Positions 1-9,925 of a stretch of 64,000 bases of DNA are shown piece by piece. The stretch comes from an uncultured bacterium (lineage in GTDB: Bacteria > Verrucomicrobiota > Verrucomicrobiia > Verrucomicrobiales > DEV007), in assembly GCA_963977015.1 (NCBI GenBank), contig CAXBMO010000007.1, positions 160,001-224,000 on the forward strand, read 5' to 3'. Every line of letters starts with the position of its first letter. Position 1 is the first letter of the stretch. The notes under the pieces were generated by a model. That model saw nothing but the letters and a program-made list of their open reading frames with translations. It made no database searches and was not told the DNA's origin. Both the position numbers and the translations under genes were made by a program.

Positions 1-1019
1 TGGGCACTCAACCACTGGCAGAATTTCAAGGCAGCGTGATGAGTCATGCTGATGGCCGGGTAGCCGTGAATTCCCATGCCAAAGCTCATCTCCGTGTAGG
101 GTGAGGTCGGCTTGCTGACGACAAAAGCGGGATCCGCATCAGCAGGGACATTTTCGGGGCTACCGTCTTTGCGCCGGGCATCCTCAGTGATCATGAACGG
201 CTCATATTCATCCCAGGTCACCTCAAACTTGCCCATCCAGAAGGGCTCGATCTTGACCTTTTTCTGGGGACCTTCGTCTTCGAAACGTCCCTCTTCAGAT
301 TCAGGGCTTCCCATCATGAATTCGCCACCGGGGATGGGAACCATGGTGTATTCTGCGCCGGTCAACGGAATCGCCGCCGTGTATTCCTTCATCTCGCCCT
401 CGCTCTTCTCGGTCGAAACTTCGAGGATCTTCTCGCGAATGCTCTTCACAAGCTCGGCATCGTCCTTCGGGCCTTCGGGCTCCGGTCCACCCAGCGTCAC
501 GCCTTCGGGCCAAACAGCACCTTGGCTTGCCCAGAGTCGAATCTGACCCAGTTCCGTCGCATTGAAGGGACCTCCGCGACGAAGAAGCGGTTCGATATTG
601 GTCTTGAACCGCATCCGGGGTTGCTCAACAAGAACAAGATCTTCCGGCCATTCGGCGCCTTCTTCGATCCAGACTTTGAGCACATCCTGCTGAGCTTTCG
701 TCAACGCGCCCTCTTTCTCAGGCGGCATTGCCAGATCTCCTTCATCAGGATCCTTGGGATCAATGGTCGTCGTCCAGTAAACCGAACTGTCATTTGGATC
801 CCCAGGCGTCACGCCTGGATTGTCGCCATTGGCCTCAAATGCCGCCATTTTCGTATCCAACCGAACATCTCCTTCCGACTTGTCGGGGCCATGACAATGA
901 ATGCAGGTGCCTTCAAGGATCGGTTTCACGTCGCGAACAAAGTCGACCTTGTTAGCCGCTTGTCCGGACGACACGGCGAAAAACAGTAAAGCAAGCAAGA
1001 GGTTTACAGAAGTTTTCAT
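1..1019 (-). CDS. Exported c-type cytochrome (Planctomycete-type) fused to a SUMF1/formylglycine-generating-enzyme-like domain; runs off the left edge
   Basis: Not in the ORF track; translated by hand from ATG at 1019. MKTSVNLLLALLFFAVSSGQA signal peptide, VDFVRDVKPILEGTCIHCHG (CxxCH), MPP...WIEEGAEWP, then MVPIPGGEFMMGSPESEEGRFEDEGPQKKVKIEPFWMGKFEVTWDEY, typical of the FGE-sulfatase N-terminus. Confidence 0.85.
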   Translation of the reverse strand, partial: MKTSVNLLLALLFFAVSSGQAANKVDFVRDVKPILEGTCIHCHGPDKSEGDVRLDTKMAAFEANGDNPGVTPGDPNDSSVYWTTTIDPKDPDEGDLAMPPEKEGALTKAQQDVLKVWIEEGAEWPEDLVLVEQPRMRFKTNIEPLLRRGGPFNATELGQIRLWASQGAVWPEGVTLGGPEPEGPKDDAELVKSIREKILEVSTEKSEGEMKEYTAAIPLTGAEYTMVPIPGGEFMMGSPESEEGRFEDEGPQKKVKIEPFWMGKFEVTWDEYEPFMITEDARRKDGSPENVPADADPAFVVSKPTSPYTEMSFGMGIHGYPAISMTHHAALKFCQWLSA

Positions 1020-1086
1020 AAAGAGGAAGGGCGGATCTTAAAACGAAATCGCTTCAGAGCAATTCGCTTTCTAGGCTATTTCCCGA

Positions 1087-1110
1087 ATTTTGGTCTGGAG
1101 GGACCAAAAT
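1087..1110 (-). terminator. Hairpin just downstream of plsX
   Basis: ATTTTGGTC-N6-GACCAAAAT inverted repeat 5 nt after the plsX stop. Confidence 0.4.
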
Positions 1111-1115
1111 AGCAG

Positions 1116-2120
1116 TTAGATCCGAAGTTTGGCAATTTCCTCTTCAATGTGAGGATTCACATGGTGGGCAACCGCTTCTGCCGCGACCCGAATCGCGTTC
1201 ATGATCGCGACTTCGTTGCTCGAACCATGGCCAATGATCGATACTCCCCCAACGCCAAGGAGCGGACTTCCTCCAACGGTGTCGTAACTGGTCCGTTTCT
1301 TGACCTGGGAAAACGCCGACTTAGCCATCAAACCACCGATCATGGTCATCGGATTGGCCTGAACTGCCTCGCGAATGTATTTGCTGACCATTTTGGCGGT
1401 CGCTTCGCAACTCTTGAGAATGATGTTGCCAACAAACCCATCGCAAACCGTAACGTGAAGGCGTTTGGCAAACAAATCGTGCCCTTCGACGTTTCCAATA
1501 AAATTTAGATCGGCCTCCTTCAGGAGCGCAAACACCTCTTTCGTAAAATCGGTCCCTTTTTCGTCCTCTTCACCAACCGACATCAAGCCGATTACCGGTC
1601 TGGAAATTCCCTGCACATGCTTGGCGTAAACCGTGCCCATGATGGCGTAATGGACCAAATGCAGGGCTTTGGCATGAACGTTGGCACCCGCATCGAGGAT
1701 GTTGTTGGGTCCATGCTCGTTGGGAAGTGGCGAAGCAATCCCTGGCATTTCCACGCCTTCCAGGCTTCGCAACTTAATCCGGGAAGCGGCGACCATCGCC
1801 CCGGTATTTCCCGCGCTGACAACCGCTTGAGCCGTTTTCGACTTCACCAGGTCGACGGCCACACTCATCGAGGACTTCTTCTTCTGACGGACAGCTTTTA
1901 GACCAGACTCGCCCATCTCCACCGTTTCAGGGGCATGAACGATCTCAAACTTCGCATCCGCGATGTTTGCGGCCTGCAGTTCCGCTTCAAGAAGCTTCTC
2001 GTCTCCAACCAAGTAGATGCGCTTGATCCTTGGAAACGCATCCAGAGCCATTGCCGCACCGGCAATGGTTACCCGAGGAGCAAGATCCCCCCCCATGGCG
2101 TCGAGAGCGATTTTCACCAC
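1116..2120 (-). CDS. plsX: Phosphate acyltransferase PlsX
   Basis: IALDAMGGD N-terminus, VSAGNTGA, DAGAN, GNVEG, CDGFVGN, IGHGSS motifs; follows rpmF. Confidence 0.97.
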   Translation of the reverse strand: MVKIALDAMGGDLAPRVTIAGAAMALDAFPRIKRIYLVGDEKLLEAELQAANIADAKFEIVHAPETVEMGESGLKAVRQKKKSSMSVAVDLVKSKTAQAVVSAGNTGAMVAASRIKLRSLEGVEMPGIASPLPNEHGPNNILDAGANVHAKALHLVHYAIMGTVYAKHVQGISRPVIGLMSVGEEDEKGTDFTKEVFALLKEADLNFIGNVEGHDLFAKRLHVTVCDGFVGNIILKSCEATAKMVSKYIREAVQANPMTMIGGLMAKSAFSQVKKRTSYDTVGGSPLLGVGGVSIIGHGSSNEVAIMNAIRVAAEAVAHHVNPHIEEEIAKLRI

Positions 2121-2165
2121 GATTGGTCGATGACTTCTAGTGGAAAAGCCATCTGAATGTGCGGT

Positions 2166-2351
2166 CTAGATGTCGAGATCGACTTCCATGACCTGACGAT
2201 CACGGTAATGGCCGCACGATGGGCAGGCAATGTGCCCGGGTTTTGCGCTTCCACACTCGGAGCAGGTTTGGAAATTCGGAGCATGCCAACGATTGGCGGC
2301 TCGGCGCATACGCTTTTTCGACTTAGAGGTTCTTCGCTTTGGAACAGCCAT
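2166..2351 (-). CDS. rpmF: 50S ribosomal protein L32 (Zn-ribbon form)
   Basis: MAVPKRRTSKSKKRMRR; CSECG...CPSCG; yceD-rpmF-plsX synteny. Confidence 0.98.
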   Translation of the reverse strand: MAVPKRRTSKSKKRMRRAANRWHAPNFQTCSECGSAKPGHIACPSCGHYRDRQVMEVDLDI

Positions 2352-2393
2352 GGGACTTAAATTTGAATCTTCGGGTCTCGGATTAAGTGTGCC

Positions 2394-2876
2394 TCAGTCG
2401 CGCTGAGGCTTAAATCCCTTCAAATCCGCCCAAGAATCCCGGTTTCCAGGCTCAGCACCGTCTTCGGCGCTTTCACTTGGTTCCTCTGGCTTTTCGAACT
2501 TCCCCGACATTGGGCAATCCTTGGGAGGACTACCTTGCTCACAATGAGGGTGGATCGGAAGGGCGAGGAGAATATCCTCACGAATCGAATCCGTCAAGTC
2601 GATGGTTGCACGCCCTTCAATTGGCTCGTTAAAGATGCAATCTGGAAGCGAGACTTCCTGAACGAATGGATCCAAACAGCGAACGCACCTGGTTTGAAAG
2701 CGGGTTGACACCGATCCCTGTACCAAAAGGGTGCCGGAAACCAACGAAACGAAAAAATCATAGGAAATTGGTCCCTCCAATTTCAGATCTTTGTCGTCTA
2801 AGTGGAAGATATCCTCTTCGATTTGGCCCGCCAATCGGACGCCATCTTCCGGAATTTCTCGAATCTCGATGATCAT
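2394..2876 (-). CDS. YceD/DUF177 family protein
   Basis: CVRCL, IDLTDSIREDILLALP..P.C motifs; conserved position upstream of rpmF. Confidence 0.9.
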   Translation of the reverse strand: MIIEIREIPEDGVRLAGQIEEDIFHLDDKDLKLEGPISYDFFVSLVSGTLLVQGSVSTRFQTRCVRCLDPFVQEVSLPDCIFNEPIEGRATIDLTDSIREDILLALPIHPHCEQGSPPKDCPMSGKFEKPEEPSESAEDGAEPGNRDSWADLKGFKPQRD

Positions 2877-2912
2877 CGTGTTAGTTTAAACAAGTCGGTC
2901 TTTTTAATCCAC

Positions 2913-3518
<606 letters not shown>

Positions 3519-3531
3519 GTTCCTCAAGCGA

Positions 3532-3551
3532 GGCGGCACCGAATTGCCGCC
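3532..3551. terminator. GC hairpin between convergent genes
   Basis: GGCGGCA-N6-TGCCGCC between the aat stop and the stop of the 66-aa ORF. Confidence 0.4.
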
Positions 3552-3560
3552 AAACGCCCT

Positions 3561-3761
3561 TCACGAATCCTCCTCGTGGCCGTTCCCCAGATTGTCGAAC
3601 TGGTCCATCGCCTCGATGAACCCTTGAGCCCCGAGAACGAGAAGCAACGGAAGCGCCTGGGTTACCGCAATAATTTCGGGAACTTCGAGGTCGAATTCCA
3701 ATTCTAAACGGCGGCATTGTCCCACCAATTCATTAAGGGCTGCAATCTGATTCTTGTTCAT
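3561..3761 (-). CDS. Small hypothetical acidic helical protein (66 aa)
   Basis: ATG start, protein-like composition, fills the gap, AT-rich promoter-like DNA upstream, convergent hairpin downstream. Confidence 0.5.
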   Translation of the reverse strand: MNKNQIAALNELVGQCRRLELEFDLEVPEIIAVTQALPLLLVLGAQGFIEAMDQFDNLGNGHEEDS

Positions 3762-3993
3762 CGTCCAAATTATGAGGAGGTTGAATTCTTAGACAGCCCT
3801 AACATGCTAACAATTCACATAACCAAAGAACTTTTGGTAATGGCCTACGTCAAACGTGATCATAGACGTTCGAAGACGCGGAACTTTTTTTCGTACTTGG
3901 AAAAGGCCGGGGTGCGCACCTCTGGCGAAGGATGCCGGACCGGTTGCCGATTTCACGATTTTTTCCTGAATGGAGAAGCCCGTTGGGGATTTG

Positions 3994-5928
3994 TCACTTC
4001 AGGCTTCGATAATCTCCCTGTCGCACCGTAATTCCCTCCGCGTCGAATCGTTCGAGAATCGGCATCAGAATCCTCCGCGAGGTTCCGACAATCTGTCGAA
4101 GTTCGCTTGCTGTTGCCTTCCCCGCACTTTGAAGATGCTCAACCACGACAGCCTTAATTTTCTCATAGCCAGCCGCCGAAATCACCGTCTTCGGATCAAG
4201 GGAAATGGCTTCGCCGACCTGAATCAGGAAATTGAGTGCCTTTTCTTCTCCTTGGTTGGTCGCAATCTCGGCCTTGTTGGGAGGCTGAAGCACGTCCTCA
4301 CCAAGGATCTTGCGAACCGCTTCTCCCGCCTGCTTGAGATCGGGCGGCAGCGTCGGCAAATGATCGCGATGCCGGATGTTGGGACCAGCTTTTGCATATT
4401 CCCCCGAGAGAAGACCGTCCAGAATGACCTCAAACAGCTTCTTCTGTGGCAAGTCCTCTTCTACGGCACTCCGCAGATCGCGAATCGGTAGCCCCGGCAA
4501 TTCGGGATTCTCAGAATGCACCTGCCGAACCATCTTTCCCGCCCGCTCCGATACCTTGGTCCACCACTCTCGATCGAAGACCCAATTCCCACTCTGCGCC
4601 AACTTTCCAGCCTCGGTGAGTGACTGAACCCTTTCCGAAATTTCTACCGCGCTGAATCTGGATTTGCGGAGCAACTTCGATTTGGAAACCGCCTGGTCAC
4701 GAATCAACTGCGAAAGGACGAGGGTTTCCAAATCATCCGGATTCGCGGCGCGAGCTTCGAGGAAGGCGCCCTGCCAAGGCTTGCGAAACATCCGTCGATT
4801 GGCATCCTCATCCAGCACCACACCACCGGCAAGCGTGACGCCGAGCGAAGGATCGCGGAGCACAAACCGGTCGCCCACGAAGACAAAAATCGGCTCGGCA
4901 AATCGCAGTTCCGCCAGCACGCTTTCACCGGGACCCAAGTTCTTGGCGTTCAGAAAATGAACCCTCGTATCGAAACTCGCACTGCCATAGTGAAATCGAA
5001 CCTGCCGTCCCGTCTTCAAAGGTTTGGGAGCCGGCTGACCATGCACTTCGCGATTCGATTTTTCCAACAGCACGTCGATGCTCAAAACGGCATCGCCCAG
5101 GTTCGGTTCCGTCAGCACGTTGCCCCGCGCGATGCCTTCCGTGCCTCGTGCCGCAACGCCAACTCCCGTAAGGTTCAAGGCGGTCCGGGTGCCGGGAGGA
5201 ACCTCGTCTTGGTTTGCGGAATGTGACTGCACATTGCGGACGTTGGCGCTCAGCCCCTTGGGCTGAACCACGAGTTCCTTCCCCGCCGCAATCACACCAT
5301 CCGTCAGGGTGCCGGTCACCACAGTTCCAACGCCTTTGGGGGAGAAAACCCGATCCACCGGCAATCTCGGCTTCCCACAATCAACCACCGAAGGTGCCTC
5401 CGTAAAAATCCGCGCAATCTCGTTCCGCAATTCCTCGATTCCCAAGCCAGTGTGCGAAGATGTCGGAATCACCGGCACGTCTTCCCAAACGCCTCCGGTG
5501 AGATGGTCCGCAATGTCTTCCAGGACCAATTCCAAATCGTCGACCAGATCGACTTTGGTCAACGCAACAATCGCTCTGGGAACCTTCAGATAGTTCAGAA
5601 TCTGGTAGTGCTCCTCGGTTTGCGGCATCCAGCCGTCGTCTGCCGCGATGATGAACAAGGCCAGATCGATCGACCCAACGCCAGCCACCATGTTCTTGAC
5701 GAAATCAGCGTGGCCGGGCACATCGATTACCCCAATTGCCAATTCATCGCCCGATTCATCGATCGTTGGCAAAAGTAAATTCGCGAATCCCAATTCGATC
5801 GTCATTCCCCGGGCTTTTTCCTCGGGCAAACGATCGGGGTTGGTTCCCGTCAGTGCCTGAACCAGCGAACTCTTGCCATGATCAATGTGGCCGGCGGTTC
5901 CAAGAATGAAATGTCGGGATTCAGGCAT
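3994..5928 (-). CDS. selB: Selenocysteine-specific translation elongation factor SelB
   Basis: GTAGHIDHGKSSLVQALTGTNPDRLPEEKARGMTIELGF, DVPGHADFVKNM, TKVD, DRVF..KGVGTVVTGT. C-terminal winged-helix extension GTSRRILMPILERFD..GITVRQGD.R; 644 aa. Confidence 0.96.
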   Translation of the reverse strand: MPESRHFILGTAGHIDHGKSSLVQALTGTNPDRLPEEKARGMTIELGFANLLLPTIDESGDELAIGVIDVPGHADFVKNMVAGVGSIDLALFIIAADDGWMPQTEEHYQILNYLKVPRAIVALTKVDLVDDLELVLEDIADHLTGGVWEDVPVIPTSSHTGLGIEELRNEIARIFTEAPSVVDCGKPRLPVDRVFSPKGVGTVVTGTLTDGVIAAGKELVVQPKGLSANVRNVQSHSANQDEVPPGTRTALNLTGVGVAARGTEGIARGNVLTEPNLGDAVLSIDVLLEKSNREVHGQPAPKPLKTGRQVRFHYGSASFDTRVHFLNAKNLGPGESVLAELRFAEPIFVFVGDRFVLRDPSLGVTLAGGVVLDEDANRRMFRKPWQGAFLEARAANPDDLETLVLSQLIRDQAVSKSKLLRKSRFSAVEISERVQSLTEAGKLAQSGNWVFDREWWTKVSERAGKMVRQVHSENPELPGLPIRDLRSAVEEDLPQKKLFEVILDGLLSGEYAKAGPNIRHRDHLPTLPPDLKQAGEAVRKILGEDVLQPPNKAEIATNQGEEKALNFLIQVGEAISLDPKTVISAAGYEKIKAVVVEHLQSAGKATASELRQIVGTSRRILMPILERFDAEGITVRQGDYRSLK

Positions 5929-5949
5929 GATGGGATCTCAGTGGTGACG

Positions 5950-7731
5950 CTATCGCCGCAACCATTGGCGAAGATAGGACGAAAACAAATCACTGGCGAG
6001 AATGACCGACGCCGCAACCAGCACATAGAAGAACATTTCGTCCCAGAAAAAGCCTTTCGAAAGCGCAATGAGCTTCCCCAGGGTCAATAAACCAAGCATC
6101 CCCAGAACGGTGGCGTCCTTCACACAGGTTTCCCAACGGTAGAAAAAGTAGATCAGGAACCGGCTGAAAATCGCCGGAAAAAGAACCACCCCGAACACCT
6201 GAAATCGTCCCGCTCCAGAGCTGAGGGACTGCTCTGCCGCCGCGAGGTCTGCATTCTCAACGACCTCCCCCCACAAACGGCCCAGAATCCCGAAATTATG
6301 GATCGCGAGCGCGAGAACCAAAGGCCAGACCTGGAGACCCAACAGGGAAATCAACAAATAGGCCAGAATGTATTCCGGAATCGCCCGGCTCAGGACAAAG
6401 AGAAACCGCGTCCCATTCCCGAGAACGCTCCACAGCCGCTTCATCCATGCCGGAACCCTCCCCGCCCAGATGTCCGCAGGATTGGCCCGGGCCAACTGGC
6501 GGCTCGCCAACGGAAGGACAGGGAGAACCAACGCGCTGGAGAGGATAATCGCCGAACTCGCGATTCCGAGCGTGGTGAACAACGCGACACCACCTCCATC
6601 CATTAACAAATCCCAGCCCCATGGTATCGCGTCGAACCAGTTTCCACTGTCGCGAACCGGAGCCGGAACGAGTTCCGCAACGAAATTCTGAAAATTGGTC
6701 CAGCGACGCTCTGCGGAAAGCCGACCCAGCAAATTCCCGCCCGTCGTCCAGGCCAGCCCGATGGAAAGGAGCGTCCCGATGCCGACCCAACTCAAAAACG
6801 AATCGCGCGGGCGCGTCTTCCGCAAGTTCTCAACGCGTTGCGCTCGATCGGCAAAAACGGCTCCCGATTCCACTTCGCCTCCCCCATCCTCCGGATCCTG
6901 GAGCCGTTTGCGAATTGCCGCCCCCAACCGATCCACGATCACGATCAAAATGAGCAGGAGGTAAAAATACGTCCAGACTTCCCGATAGTAGAATTCCTCG
7001 TGCGATAACTGGATGTAGAGCCCAATCGTCTCGATTCCGACGAATCCCAGTACCGCCGAGGCTCGCAACGCGCATTCAAAGCGGTAAAAACTGTAGGTGA
7101 TGAGATTGGGAAGCGCCTTGGGCAACACGCCCAGCAAAAAGGTCTGAACGGGACCGTGACCGGTGGCCTTGAGGGCGAAAGCAGCCTCCTGAGCTTCCTC
7201 ATCAACCAACTCCGAGAACACTTTGCCCAAAGTTCCCGCAAACGGAATGGCCAACGCGACCATCCCCGCCAACGGCGATACCCCCAAAGCCGACAGGATC
7301 AACAACGCCCAGATCAACTCGTGGATTGACCGTGCGAGGCTCATCACAAATCGACAGACCAGAAACCCCACTTCCAGAACGAGCTTCGTTTTTCTGCCAC
7401 ACGGCTCCGGCCACCACGCCTTCGAACCGAAGAATCCCAGGATCAGCGCCACGGGAATCGCGAGACTCATCGCCGCAACGGCATAACGCAGCGTCATCAG
7501 CAGCCCCTTCACCGCTTTCCACAAAATCGGATCGGCGGAATCCGGAACATTGGCATCCTGATACTCGAAAGCGGGATGCAACGCCGCATGAAAAAACTTG
7601 CCCGCCCGACTCCAGTGCTCCGCATCAGGCGGAATCAGCCCCGCAGGTGTCAACCCCAACGCAAACGCACAGACCGCAAACACGGTCGCAATGCCGAGAA
7701 CCACCCAACGCCGTGATCCGCGAAGACTCAT
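5950..7731 (-). CDS. PhnE/PtxC-type ABC permease, two fused permease modules
   Basis: Two copies of R(S/A)I(H/P)E..., G(K/R)(V/L)(F/W)(S/G)E.V(D/E), Y(S/F)FYR(F/W)E..(L/V)(R/K)...VLG; multiple TM helices. Confidence 0.9.
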   Translation of the reverse strand: MSLRGSRRWVVLGIATVFAVCAFALGLTPAGLIPPDAEHWSRAGKFFHAALHPAFEYQDANVPDSADPILWKAVKGLLMTLRYAVAAMSLAIPVALILGFFGSKAWWPEPCGRKTKLVLEVGFLVCRFVMSLARSIHELIWALLILSALGVSPLAGMVALAIPFAGTLGKVFSELVDEEAQEAAFALKATGHGPVQTFLLGVLPKALPNLITYSFYRFECALRASAVLGFVGIETIGLYIQLSHEEFYYREVWTYFYLLLILIVIVDRLGAAIRKRLQDPEDGGGEVESGAVFADRAQRVENLRKTRPRDSFLSWVGIGTLLSIGLAWTTGGNLLGRLSAERRWTNFQNFVAELVPAPVRDSGNWFDAIPWGWDLLMDGGGVALFTTLGIASSAIILSSALVLPVLPLASRQLARANPADIWAGRVPAWMKRLWSVLGNGTRFLFVLSRAIPEYILAYLLISLLGLQVWPLVLALAIHNFGILGRLWGEVVENADLAAAEQSLSSGAGRFQVFGVVLFPAIFSRFLIYFFYRWETCVKDATVLGMLGLLTLGKLIALSKGFFWDEMFFYVLVAASVILASDLFSSYLRQWLRR

Positions 7732-8501
7732 GCGTCCTCCATCATTTCCTCAACACTCAATTCGTAGAGCTGCCTCAAATCGTCTTCACCCATCTCCTCG
7801 GGAGCAGCATCGAGGATCAGTTTGCCCCCTCGCAACCCCACAATTCGGGGAAAATACTCCCGGGCCAGCTCCAAATTGTGCAGACTCATGCAGAGCGTGA
7901 ACTTTCGCTCTTTGGAAAGCTCGCAAAGCAGCTTCACGGTATCACGGGCCCGAGCAGGATCGACGCTAGACACCGGTTCATCAGCCAAAATCGCCTCCGC
8001 TCCCTGAAACAGGGCCCGGGCAATCGCCACCCGCTGCTGCTGCCCTCCCGAGAGCCGGTCGGTGCGCTGATACAGCTTCTCCTCGATCCCAACTCGTTCC
8101 AGAATGGAATGAATCGCCAGCCGATCTTCCTCCGTGGGAACCAAAATATCGCGGAGAGAGCGAAACGTTCCCCGCTCGCCGCCTCGCCCCAGGATCACAT
8201 TCTGAATCACCCTCAGACCTCCAACCAACCCCAGGTTCTGGGGAATGAAGGCAATTCGAGACCGAAGTTGCCTCAACTGCCCCGGGCTGAATCCCGACAC
8301 TTCATTTCCAAAGACCGAGACCGTTCCCGTCTGCGGTGCGCGAATCGTATTCAGAGCCCGGAGAAGCGTCGTTTTGCCTCCGCCGCTGGGGCCGATCAGG
8401 GCAATTTTTTCGCCCTGATCGACCCGCAAACTGACGGAGTCGACCGCGAGTAACTCGCCAAACCGGCAGGTTACATTTTGAAGCTCAAACGCGGCCGCCA
8501 T
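7728..8501 (-). CDS. PhnC-like ABC ATP-binding protein
   Basis: GPSGGGKT Walker A, LSGGQQQRVAIARAL signature, ILADEPVSSVDP, SLHNLELA; ATGA overlap with the permease. Confidence 0.93.
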   Translation of the reverse strand: MAAAFELQNVTCRFGELLAVDSVSLRVDQGEKIALIGPSGGGKTTLLRALNTIRAPQTGTVSVFGNEVSGFSPGQLRQLRSRIAFIPQNLGLVGGLRVIQNVILGRGGERGTFRSLRDILVPTEEDRLAIHSILERVGIEEKLYQRTDRLSGGQQQRVAIARALFQGAEAILADEPVSSVDPARARDTVKLLCELSKERKFTLCMSLHNLELAREYFPRIVGLRGGKLILDAAPEEMGEDDLRQLYELSVEEMMEDA

Positions 8502-8513
8502 TCAGAAAATGGC

Positions 8514-9428
8514 TTACTTAATCAGGCCAACTTGAACGGCCACATCCTTAATACCGGCAAAATCTTCGTTCTTTGCCGAAATGATGGCGTCACGGTTAAT
8601 CGCCTTGAGAGCGTCCGATCCTTCTGGAGCTGCAATCAGCGCATCCTGGACCTTCTTGATGAAGCCCTCGCCAAACATCGACTCAACATCGGGATGGATC
8701 GTGAAATTGTAGTCCGCGTAAAAAGGAGTCGTCCAAATAATCTTGGTCTTCTCCTTAATGTTGGGATCGCTTTCCACCAGGGAATCATACGTCTTATAGT
8801 TCAGCGCACCCACTTCGTAGGTCCCATCGGCAACCGCATTCGCCGTTGCTACGTGGCCCCCGCTCATTTGGAAACCCGGCTCTTTCGCAAACCAGTCTTC
8901 CGGCAACTTGCCGGTATTTTCCAAAATGAAGAAGCTTGGCATCAGGCGGCCGGAAGTGGAGCCAGGCGAACCAAACGTGAACGTCTTGTCCTGGATTGCC
9001 GTTGGAAACTCTTCCGAAGGCTCAAGTCCGGTCGCGACATTCGTGATGAAGTAGGACTTGTACTGCGGATCCGCCTTGCCTTGCGCGATCGCCTGAGCCC
9101 CTTCCACAGCCATTCTTGCCTGAACTCCGGAAAGTCCGCCAAACCAAACCAAGTGAACTTCCCCGTTTTTGAACTTCGTGACAGAATCCGCGTAATCTTT
9201 CGAAAACTGGAACTCGACCGGAACGCCGAGGCTATCGTGAAGATAGGCAGCCAAAAGATCGAACTTTGCCTTTTGGTCGGTGATTTTCTCATCCGGGATC
9301 GCCGAGATGTAAAACACGCTATTTCCCCCTTCAGTGGCGGCAGACTTATCATCGTCCTTGCCGCATCCACTGAGGGCCAACAGAGTCACCGCAGCCAGAC
9401 CGGCGCGGGTGAGGAGTTGTTTCAACAT
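8514..9428 (-). CDS. PhnD-family substrate-binding lipoprotein, 'putative selenate ABC transporter' clade
   Basis: Lipobox LSGC after MLKQLL...; SAIPD, LVWFGGLSGVQAR, IAQG..D..YKSYFI, FTFGS.GSTSGRLMP, GGH.AT. Confidence 0.85.
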   Translation of the reverse strand: MLKQLLTRAGLAAVTLLALSGCGKDDDKSAATEGGNSVFYISAIPDEKITDQKAKFDLLAAYLHDSLGVPVEFQFSKDYADSVTKFKNGEVHLVWFGGLSGVQARMAVEGAQAIAQGKADPQYKSYFITNVATGLEPSEEFPTAIQDKTFTFGSPGSTSGRLMPSFFILENTGKLPEDWFAKEPGFQMSGGHVATANAVADGTYEVGALNYKTYDSLVESDPNIKEKTKIIWTTPFYADYNFTIHPDVESMFGEGFIKKVQDALIAAPEGSDALKAINRDAIISAKNEDFAGIKDVAVQVGLIK

Positions 9429-9549
9429 GGGTAGCTTATTGCTGTTTGTCGGTTTTTGAACCGCATCTCTCGGCAATAGTCGAAAACCTGCCCGATTTCC
9501 TTTCAAAAATACCAAAATCTGCCGCCTCCGGTTCCCCAAACGCCCGCCA

Positions 9550-9901
9550 TCATGATCCAACGCTCCCCTGATTCGACACCGCCTCCAGCAACGCCTTCGC
9601 CAGCTTGCGCGCCGTCTGGATCGACCGAACCTCATGAAAGTTCTGTGCCTCCACCAAGGCCCCCTCAAACAACCGATAAATCGTCGTCCCCTTCTCACGC
9701 GCGCTCGCGGCTACGATCCGGTTGGTGTCGGATTGGCAATCCAACCTACGATGCCCCGCCTCAAAAACTCGAAACGATCCTCACAAATTGGATGACCAAC
9801 GATCAGTAATTGTGGAAAGATAACCCGAACCCCGCTTCCATTCCGCTCAACGCGATCCTCTCAACTCCCAGAATCGCATTTTCCGGAAACAGCGAATTCA
9901 T
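9550..9901 (-). pseudogene. Probable decayed TetR/AcrR-family regulator
   Basis: Fragments in different frames: SLFPENAILGVERIALSG..SFHNY* (HTH-like), EFLRRGIVGW, and IYRLFEGALVEAQNFHEVRSIQTARKLAKALL (resembles the TetR C-terminal helices). Confidence 0.4.
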
Positions 9902-9925
9902 CCCCCCAACCCAACAAGCACTCAA

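Noticed and set aside
1-1019. SenA/EgtB (selenoneine) enzyme near selB
   Set aside because: The N-terminus is a signal peptide plus cytochrome c, not the DinB-like iron-binding domain, and no senB or selD is nearby.
3770-3993. Possible tRNA-Sec or UGA read-through after selB
   Set aside because: No cloverleaf, TCA anticodon arm or T-arm on either strand. The frame after the selB TGA stays open for a few dozen codons but has no convincing SECIS, and SelB is already complete.
7326-9434. Long plus-strand ORFs (375 aa, 318 aa) and similar antisense ORFs at 15807-17171, 41233-42192, 51823-53181, 54266-55432
   Set aside because: Shadow frames opposite well-supported genes; expected from codon bias at this GC content, with no recognisable motifs.
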